Below are positions 22,146 to 33,000 of a stretch of 64,000 bases of DNA, one piece after another (the first letter of the stretch is position 1; the number at the start of each line of letters is the position of its first letter). The position numbers and the translations under genes were made by a program. Origin of the DNA: Oculina patagonica (lineage: Eukaryota); NCBI RefSeq assembly GCF_052425735.1, contig NC_135770.1, positions 37,572,001-37,636,000 on the forward strand. The letters are read 5' to 3'. A model generated the notes under the pieces. It had not been told where the DNA came from, did not search any database, and worked only from the letters and a program-made list of their open reading frames with translations.

Positions 22146-25100
22146 ATGGCATCTTTATATTCTGATAGATCAGATCATTTCCCCAAAATTCCAAAGCAAA
22201 GACTTGTGGAAGCAAAACCCGGCGCACAGTTGACGTATCTCGAGGACTCTGGTGTTGATGTGCGCGAGCTATGGAGAGACCACGGGAATGAACGACAGTT
22301 GTACAGAAATTCCCCTCCGATGATTATTGGACAGAGAAAACCTGGCAGTCAGAATAGTTCTCGGACAAATTCGCCTGTCCAAAGGCGAAATGAGGTATGG
22401 TTAACTAAAAATATACCATTTATCAGCAACTGCAATGTTGTTTACAAGAGTTGGTCATTCGAATCATAAGCTTATTTAGAGTGCAGCATCGAGATCGAAT
22501 TAGCGATATACAGTTAAAGTTCGAATTCTAATGTTCTACCTAAAGAAAATCACAAACCCAACAGTAATGGGAATCTTGTTTAAGGATTATTTTTACCTTT
22601 ACTTTAGCTAAGAGTATGCGACGATTCAAATAAAGTTTGGTGGTTAAATTATTTAGACTACCGTAATTGGCTTAACTTAATGACAGAAAACTACAACATT
22701 TCATCTTGGACATCTTTTACTTCAGAACAGTGAAATAATTAGCTTAAAACCTGCAAGAAAGACGTTTTATCGAAATTAAATGAAGTAGGCTGTGGGCAAT
22801 ATTTTCTTTACACTAGTACTGTAAAAGGAATGTTGAACTCTGAATTGCAAAGTTTGACCAAATTTGAGCTAATTAGAACTAATTTGAACTAAATACAGGA
22901 TGCTGTATCCATGTCTAAAGTAGCACATGTCTCTTTTATCTCGTAGATTACTTCTTTCAACCATAAACTAATTGACTGTACATTGTATATTACAAGCTTT
23001 GCCATTAACTAATTAATTATTTAAACTTAAGAGAACAGAGAAAGTTCTTTAGCAACCAAATACTGCAAACACTCTCAGGAGATGTTATTTGTATAATTTT
23101 GGGAGTTGTTTACTTTGATTAAAATTTCAAGTAGCTAAAAATGGATCAATCCCATACTTGAAATATATATTATCTGTCCTAAATCATAGCTATATATTCC
23201 TGAAAAATATGTTTTTTAATAGAAACAAAATCCAGTACATTATAAGTTACTGGAAGCGAGAGTTTAAACAATTTCCCCATTTAATTCGTGGAATAATTTC
23301 CTCCACTTTTTACAAGAAAGTAAAACTATTATTTTTCTGAATTCTTATTCTATACTGATAGATTTGAATACTGATCAATGTACATATATTGAAAGCAAAA
23401 GCTAGAAATTAATTTCATTTAAAGGAAAATCAATCATTCAATTAGCTTCTGTCAATCAGTGTCATTGAATTTGTTTTCATTGGTTTTTAGGCAATTGACC
23501 TGAGTGTCAAAAAATAGACTGCCTTCCTGTTTTTTCAATACACCTTTAGAAGAATGCCATCCTCGGAGACCCAGGGGCAGTTAGTGGGGGCGACTGGCAG
23601 CTTATCGGGACGACGGGATTTTTGGGCGAAAGTTTACAAGAGCGTAACAGCCCCTGGGCACTTTGTCTTAACGAACCAGTTCCAGAAGCGTTTGAACTCC
23701 TTCCTCCTGATTGGCCACAAAAATATTTTTGTGGCCAATCAGCGAGGAGAACCGGCCAAGAGACTCTGATGTCTTCTTACACGAAGTAGTTTTCTCCTTC
23801 GATCGACGAAGTTGCTTGGCCCTTGTTGCAACCGAGAGATAATTCTTGGGAACCGTTTCAGAAAAAAAATTCAACGAAGCGTACGAAATCGCCAACTGAA
23901 AGCCAGGCGCAAGGAAACAAATACCCATCGCCAAATTTTCACGGCAGCCTTTTTGAAGGTATGGTGAATTTTTCTAGCTAAAACACGATACACGTTGCTT
24001 GTCGAGTAAACAATGTTACATATATATTTTTTCGATCGTTGAAAGACTTCTGAAACTTTCCATGATTTGAGAATCTTCGTTGCACGGGCCACGCAACTAT
24101 GTCGATCGAACGTGGGAACGATCGGCGAGCTGCACTGCTCGCACTTTGCTTCCTTGCTTTCGCGTCGAACTGAATCACTCTCATTATCGAACGCTACCGG
24201 TTTGTAAATGGCTGAGGTGAATCAGGCGCTTCAAAGCGTACATTCGAACATGAGTTCCAGCAAGCCCTAAACGAAAGCTTGTCTTTGATCTCTGTGGACA
24301 AGCTTAAAGCGGAGCAAAGTTAGAAAGGGAGAATCTACTGTGCTTTATGGTACTCCAAAGAAATTTACCAAAACAATACTGTTGCTGTTGTTTGTGATGA
24401 GGTGCATACAACTGTTCATTGACAAATAGATGGATTTGTGTACTAGGAAAAGCCTGTATATTTCTATTTTCATAGTCTGTACTGAATAAGTAGTCATAGT
24501 AGATCCCCTTATTAAAAATCAATGAAGTTATGTCTAAAAGCTGACAGACACATCATAACAAAATGTTTTTCCTCTCTGTTTAGACCAAACACATGAAGCC
24601 TTGAGGCTTCTTTGTGATGAGAACTCTTTGACAAGGCTTTTGCACTAAACTTTAAGCTGGTTGCAAATGTTTGGCTTGTTCACTATAATAAGTGCCCAAT
24701 GAGTGTTAACTAAAAGAGCTGCAAACATTTTCTTTATTAAGACTTGCATATACATGTAGTACCAAAAATTAAAAGTCAGTGGAATGTATGCTGGACAGCT
24801 CTTTTAATTAACAATCGCGCTTCACGCTCGAAATTCCCTTCTCCCTCCCCCTCGAACATCGGCCATGCAGGCTACTTTTAATTTGACTAATTAAAATATG
24901 ATTGTCACATACAACAAGTAATTATTGCTTGTTCATGATTTTATGTTTACTTCTCATATACTGCTTGTGTAACTTAATTATTAGTTCAGGGTCCGAAATT
25001 GCGCCTTCCTGGTCGCCAATGCGACTAAATATTGAGAGCTGGCGACCAGAATTTCACAACTGATCGCCCACTGGCGACTAAGTTGCTTTGTAAGAGTATT

Positions 25101-27060
25101 CAGAGAAATTGATTAAAAATAAAATTCGGAGCCGTTTTTTAACAATTTATTGACTCACTTTTTATCTTAGTGATGTCCTTGAGATAACACTGAAGTAAAT
25201 TTCTCGCTACATAGTGTATAAACTCCCCAACAGCTCAGCCAACAGCTGCGATCAACACGATTGGAACATTGCGAGCCGCCATGTTGTTTTCCTCAGCGGT
25301 TTTCCCCATGACGCTATTGCGGGCGCGCCCAGCCATGTGCTTTCTTTCGCATGCAATGAATATTCATACAGGCGATGTCATGTCCGCGGACACGCTGAAA
25401 TATTTCCGTCATTTACTTGAAACTGGTAAGGCTACAGATGCAAAAAACTTTGTGGAAGATTTAGATATTTCCAATTACATGCCAGGCTACTAAGCTACGA
25501 CGTTCCACGAACGCAACACGTTCTTGTTGTCACTGTGTTGAATGAAAAACTACCTGTCGAAATATGTCAGAAAGTTGGTGGAAATGATGTTTTTTATATT
25601 ATTAAAGAGCGGAATGTTTGGGTAAGACTGTAAAGTATTTTCCGTTTAAATGTTAGAGAGTTAACGTTCGATAAAGAAGCATTTCTTTGAGTGATTATCA
25701 TCGTTGTTTTGTGGTATAAGTAAGCGGTTTTTGAGCATATGAATGGCCAAAAATACACAAGAAGAACAAGTGTTTCGTCTTTTAAGTGTAAAAGGAAAGT
25801 CAATCGAAAAACATTGGCGACCAGAAGTTGCCATCTGGCGACTAAAACTTTCGGTCCGGTCGCCAGGTGGCGCCGATGTAAAAAATTTAATTTCGGACCC
25901 TGAGTATACCTACACAAAGTATACAGGAACTTTCTATCAACACTCTTCAAATAAGAGCGGTACTGCAATTCTCAAAAATCAGAAACTCCCTTCATGCAAC
26001 AAGAGGAGCTAAAGGGCACTGCACAAGTCACAGATCAGGGAGAGGGCTCCTGGGTGCCCCACCTCCCCCACCCTTCACCCACATGGGCAAGAATTTTTGA
26101 GCAAGCTATTGTGAACAATAATTTAGGTTCCCAAATGGAAGATAAAATTTGCAGGCCCCCCACATGCATATATGCCAATGTACATATTACACACAACCTG
26201 TATTTTCAAATAATTTGAAAATACAGGTTGTGTGTAATATGTACATTGGCATATATGCATGTGGGGGGCCTGCAAATTTTATCTTCCATTAGCTTAGGTA
26301 TATATAAAGTTAAAGGGACACTACTGTCACGGAGATTTTAATGCTTTTTGGTAAAAAAAAGTACTTAAATGGGCAAATAGGTCTTCTCGTACATGAAATG
26401 CACCTGGTGCATCAAGATGGAGATACAAAAGTAAATTGTTGTTGAAGGAAGAAGGGACCAAGAATGTTTTTTTGTTTTTTGTTTTTTCAGTCCACAAGGA
26501 CAAAACTTGAAAAAATCAGCCTACCTTTTTCAAGTTGAGATCTAAAGTATCTGATGGCATCACATTGATATCACTTGTTTATCACTTCAGTACACTTACA
26601 TGGTGATTCTTAACAAAACTGGACCACTATTCGTACTGTTTCCATAGTCTTGAGTGTCTTGAGTTTTTGAAAGTTATATGTTTCTCTGATAGTCTTATAC
26701 AGGAAATTATTGATTCTTGTAAATTATATTCTGTAGAGAACATCTTAGAGACACAAACTGTATGGAATGCTGATTGTGCAATCAAGATTTTTAGTTGTCT
26801 GAAAAGAGTATTTAAAGTTCTGCAATAACTAAAATCAATGTTAAGTGTAAAATAATGTGTCTATCAGGCCCATAGGATGGCTTTCATGTTATGCCTCTTC
26901 ATCCCAAGTCAAGGTACATGAATGGGTCCACTTCCCCTCGCTAGAATATAATTTCATCTGTACTTTAGTGATCCACAGCTAATATGACAGCTCACTCAAA
27001 AAGAAAACTGTTACAATACACTGTTAAATTTAAAATCTAATCAGTAAAGAATTAACCCAG

Positions 27061-27094
<34 letters not shown>

Positions 27095-30000
27095 AAGGCT
27101 ACTAAAATTTAGGTTTTGGCTACCAGGTTTAGCATTCCTACTAGCCACTTTGGCTAGTGAAAAACTCGGAAAAGTCAACTGTTCTTGATAGAAATCAATA
27201 TACCTGACTAGTGAAAAATTACTTTTGGCTAGTAAAATCTGACATGTCACTAGCCAGTAAACCAGTGAATTAAAAAGTTAGTCTCCAGCCCTGCCAGGGT
27301 TTTTTTCAACTATGTTTCGTTTTCTTCGCTTGTCCATAAGAACAAACCCACACAGTCTGCAACAATCGACCTCACCCAATGATCATCATACAGCGAAAAA
27401 AAAAATCGGGACAGAAAACAGAAGCTGTATTGTAATCCATCGTCACATATTTAATACTAGGATGCGAAAATTGGCCGGTTTGTGATTCAGTTCGACGCGA
27501 AAGCAAGAAGCAAAGTGCGAGCAGTGCAGCTCGCCGATCGTTCCCACGTTCGATCGACATAGTTGCGTGGCCCTTGCAACGAAGATTCTCAAATCATGGA
27601 AAGTTTCAGAAGTCTTTCAACGATCGAAAAAAAATATATGTAACATTGTTTACTCGACAAGCAACGTGTATCGTGTTTTAGCTAGAAAAATTCACCATAC
27701 CTTCAAAAAGGCTGCCGTGAAAATTTGGCGATGGGTATTTGTTTCCTTGCGCCTGGCTTTCAGTTGGCGATTTCGTACGCTTCGTTGAATTTTTTTCTGA
27801 AACGGTTCACAAGAATTATCTCTCGGTTGCAAGGGCCAAGCAACTTCGTCGATCGAAGGAGAAAACTACTTCGTGTAAGAAGACATCAGAGTCTCTTGGC
27901 CGGTTCTCCTCGCTGATTGGCCACAAAAATATTTTTGTGGCCAATCAGGAGGAAGGAGTTCAAACGCTTCTGGAACTGGTTTGTTAAGACAAAGTGCCCA
28001 GGGGCTGTTACGCTCTTGTAAACTTTCGCCCAAAAATCCCGTCGTCCCGATAAGCTGCCAGTCGCCCCCACTAACTGCCCCTGGGTCTCCGAGGATGGAA
28101 GAATGCAAGACTATGTGGGCCTCAATGTTGCGAACACATCTAGTTTTCTTGCAGTTCTTATTGCAGTTATTGTTCTTATTGATCAAAGAGAATACATGAA
28201 AATACTTTGTCAAGTACTAAATTTCGCGATTTTTTAAAAAACTAAGAAATGTAATACTCATGAAAGATGTGAAGATTAAAAATCATTAAATTTAACACAC
28301 TCGAATTCTACCTTCCTCTTGAAGTTGCAAATTTAATACTTGCAAAATATGGCTCTTGATTTTTCGCAATTTAGTGAGATTATAAGGTAGATGCCTGGTT
28401 TGTTTTTTTCTGACGACTGAAAACTGCCATAGTCATAAATAATTTGCTAATTAATACACAATATTATTGATAAATCTGTCAGGTTGAGCCAGGCACCCTT
28501 GCCTGCCGCAGTCCTTCTATTTCCTTGGAACTTGGATCCTCTTTAGATGAAAGTCAGCTTTTAAGAGATAAGATCACCAGACTTCAGCAGGAGAGAGAGC
28601 ACCTTAGTTCACAGGTATAATAATTTACTTATATTATTTAGTGATGGCAACATGTACTCTGGAAAAGTAAGTTGATTAAGTAAAACAATAATCTTTTAAA
28701 ACTTGAGAAAGACGTAAATTCAGTTGTTCCAGAAATTATCCATAACCACTCGCATGGGAAGATTTGTTGGTTGGAACTTGCCACCCATCTGGACCCTAGC
28801 CTTAAGCACTACTAATGACATGGAGATAGTCACTCAATATATTTTTTTCAGTCACTATTAATTTTTTATTCTTGAACAGTTATCACACTACAGACAAGCC
28901 GCAGAAACTGCACAAACCGACCTTGCAGCTGAAAAAGTGGTTTCATCTGGATTACAACATGAGGTATGACTGAGCTGTTCTTGATTTGAAAATCCATCCA
29001 CTTAATCTGTAATGTTATAATAATAAATTAATAAAATTTACTAATTGTTATCCGCTTCTTTTAAAATACAGTTGAGAGATGTGCAGCATAGAATATCAGA
29101 AAAGGATCAACAAATAATTGAATTTAAGGTAGGTAAAATTAACGATACATATACCGGTACTACTTTTTATAAGTAACATGAAGAACTTGACAATAATTAA
29201 ATATTTTAATGTTGGCCATGGCATGTGCTTAGTGTTTTGGTGGCTTGTGGTAAGCTGCTCCTCTCATTAATTAACACTTTCCACTCTCTCAGTAATAAAT
29301 TATAAATGGTCACCAGACTGAATAATTTCATTCCCAATATCTGCAATGTTTAAAATTCCCGTGCCTTGTGCTTACAGTGTGAAATTGAAAGCAACAAACA
29401 AAATGCAGCACGGCAGACAGCTCTGGTCCAATCACTCCGTGACAGAATACGAGAAGCAGAAGATGAAGCAGTGGAAAAGGAGAACTTTGCAAATCGGAGT
29501 GATGTCACCATATCGTCATTACGGAAAGAGATGCAGACTCAGCAAGATCGTTTACAGCAGGTGGAGTCATCCCTTAAACATCACATCACTGCCGAGGAGG
29601 AAGCCGCTAGCAGAGCAGCAAAATGGGAGAGTAAGGTATGTATTGTGAAATTACACTGAAAGTAAAACCCCGGTAACTTGAACTCAGACGGCTAACTCGA
29701 ACAACCCCGCTAACTCGAACTAACTTCCATTTCCCTTGGACCCACTTTCAGTCATTTTTACTCGGTTAACTTGAAAACCCCGCTAACTCGACCTGCTTTT
29801 CGTTTCCCTTCAGAGTTCGAGTTACCAGGGTTCAACTGTACAGGGTTCGCACGCACCTTGAAAGTCCTTGAAAGTCCTTGAATCTCAAAATAAAAATTCA
29901 AGGCCTTGAAAGTCCTTGAAATTGGTTTTCGGTCCTTGAAAGTCCTTGATTTTGTTATTGAACGTCAAAAGGCTTCAAGGCAATGAGAGAAGACCGCCAA

Positions 30001-33000
30001 AATGAGCGATTTTTTTAGTTCTTCAGCAAGCACAACAACCGTTGATTTGGGGTAAATTGCATGAAAAAAAAGTCCTTGAAATTTCCAAGAAGGGTCCTGG
30101 AAAGTCTTTGAAAAGTCCTTGAATTTTTAGCCTGAAAAAGTGCACGAACCCTGACTGTACATACCTGAGTGCACAAACCATGCCATTCTCAGATAAGGAC
30201 CATAAACTGTAGACCCCATCTGACGTTTTTTAATTTTGTTTTAACTGATAGTATGGTGAGATAAGAACACAGTTGACCCAAGCTCTGCAGTTGGATGCAT
30301 CAGAAGCACTGTCCGTTTCTGTACATTCGCTCCTTGGAAGGGTGAGTTTGTTAATACTTCAACAAAACGATATATATATTTTCAAGTCTTAAAATTCAAT
30401 CAAGAGGTTTGATTCACCAGCAAGATTTGGTACTTTGCAAGCATTTGCCTTGAATTTGAGGATGCCTTACTGTACTGACTGTAAATAATGGCAACGGTGG
30501 ATCACATTGTAAGTAGGACTGAACTGCCATCCAATTCATACACTTTGCCATCTTTTTGAAAACATTTTGAAGTCTTACACTGTTCATCATGAAAATGCAA
30601 CTTTTTTTATTTTTAATTAATTTTTAATAAATATTTCAATAAATAATTTTGGTCAAATTTATTGTTAGATTGCAGAAATAGCCAGAGAAAGGAATACCTT
30701 ACAAGACAAAGCAAATGCATTGTCTCGCAACTTACATGAAAGCAACTTGGAGTCTAAAGCAAGCAGGTATGACTTGTTATATTGTTAATTTCCATGCAAT
30801 ACTAAAAATTAATGTACTATGCATGCAGTTATACATGTATGAACCTTTGGTTAGTACATTTCTGCAATCATCATGGAAAAAATCATTTTTGTTTTCATTC
30901 TTATCAAATTTCTGTTGTTATTTTTCAGGGAAACTATAATGAGGTTAGTTTCAGAGGTCGGACAAGAGAAGAAGTCTTCTGGTCAGAGCCAACAGACAAT
31001 CAATGGCTTGACTCGAGAGCGAGATGCTCTGCAGCAGAAAATCCGGGAAATGGAAATAGAAGTTGATCGGATGAAGCACCAGCTTGCAGCCAGTCAGGAT
31101 GCCTGGGGAGTGACCAAGAAACAGCTTGATGAAAAGGAAAACAAGTAAGGCTTTGAAACTTTTAGGGATATTGGGTTTTGTTTTTTTTTTTTTTACTAAT
31201 GGGGAGAAACTTTCTGGGGATGGGGACTCTGAAATGAAATGAGGACAGTAATGCTTGCCATCTTTGCTAAGCGTGTTAGGACAGAATAACAAGGTCTTGT
31301 TGGGAATGCACTTGACAAACTACTGTGTTGAATGTCTTAACTGATCAGACTTGAAAAATGGTATCTTTTTTAGGTCAAGAAAAGCTTGAACCATGCACAT
31401 AAAGGGTATCCTTTAGGGGTTTAATTCAATTTTTCCAACAAGTTGCAGACTCACTTGTTTAAAACCTTAGTATCGGTAACTTACAGAACCTTTTATTTAA
31501 TTACAGGATTCAAGAAATGGAACAAACTCTACATACCAGTGAATACACAGGCCAATCAGCTCAATCAAAGGTTTGTGGTCTATGTATGTTTTAACCTGGA
31601 AACAAAAACTGTATAACTTGATGCACTCCATGGATGATCTCAGAACCCAGGTCCACCTACTGTGTTGATGAAGGCTTTGTCTCAGTGTAATCATTTATTC
31701 ATAAAGCAAAAACAACTTCAGTCCCCAGGGGGTTACTCAACGAAGTTTTATACAGAGAGTTTCCGCCCCGAGGTCCAAACCCTTATCCTTTTATGTACCA
31801 TTTTGACATTGAAGTTAACCCATCTCATATACTTCCATAGTCATAGAAAATGGTATCCCTTTTTCATTCCTGTAGCAAAAAATACTTCATCCCTTTTTTA
31901 AACTATTCACATGACATTACGTAATTCTTTTTTGTCACCTATGCAGCTGCACAACTTCAAGCGGCACCTGGCTCAGATGATTGGAGATGTAGATGATTCC
32001 ATTGCAGCTGAGGAAGATGCTATCATTTCTAAAGTAAAGAAGATAGTCAGGGATTACAGAGATGTGAAGTCGGTAAGAACAACTTGCATTCAATTACTCC
32101 CTGCCTTGGCGTCTTTGTGATGCAAAATCATGCTGTTGTTCTTTTAAAAAAATTAATGGTTTCTTGCTTTTGATCTGTTAACTTAGCTCGGTAGTCCTCC
32201 ATTAGATTTTGCTCTGTTTAATGTTTTACAGCAGTACTACATGTACAAGTGAGATGGAATACATTAAGTATCTGATTGCAGCACAGACTTCACTTGCCTC
32301 TTACACCCGCTTTCAGTATTAAGTGTATAGCGGCTTTCTGTCGACATCCATCTTTGGACGTGCTTAACAAACAACACGGACCAAACTCCGCCAATCACAG
32401 CCCACTAGCATGACTTTGTGGGCCTAGGCTTTGCGTGAATCCTTGTGGGCTCTTTTGCATGAAACCAACAACGGTATGCATCAGTTTTTATTGGCTCATT
32501 TCAAACAGCACGTCGAAAGACGCTGTCGAAAGATGGATGTGGAAAGATAGCTATGCAAGTAACACTGAAAGCGGGTGTAATTTGTTACTATAATTTCATT
32601 AATCTTAAATAGTGTAGTAGCTATAGCCAAACGAAATTCTTCAATAAACGTGAGTTGCTGGTTTAAGCATAGAACTTCACTTCTGCGGACCTTACTAACT
32701 CACTTTTTTGTTGTGTTCAGAGAGAGGAATCATTAAGGGTCCAGTTTAAGAACCTATCCGAAGAGCTTGAAAGTCAAAGGAACCTTCACCGCACCACACT
32801 AAAACGAGCCAACGAGGCAGAGACCCAACTGAAAGAGAACCAAGAACGTGTGACGGGTCTTGAAGGAGAGCTGCTTACTTCTGATGTAGAGAGAGACCAG
32901 CTGAAGGATGACAAGAGAAAGGTAACACTGTTGAAGACTGTTTTTATGAGGAAAAGGGTAAAAACGAACCCGAAAGCAAAATAATTCTTAAAAATTTCAA

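Larger units (their letters stand above)
23558..28097 (+). mobile_element. 4.5-kb AcademH-like DNA transposon (decayed) in CCDC170 intron 1
   Basis: Near-identical ~620-bp TIRs (23558-24178 vs 27482-28097), CATCCTCGG...CCGAGGATG ends, 9-bp TSD gaagaatgc (23549-23557, 28098-28106), internal RecQ-like helicase remnants. Confidence 0.85.

Noticed and set aside
23554-28213. Mirror-image ORFs at 23.5-24.2 kb and 27.4-28.2 kb
   Set aside because: By-products of the ~620-bp TIRs.
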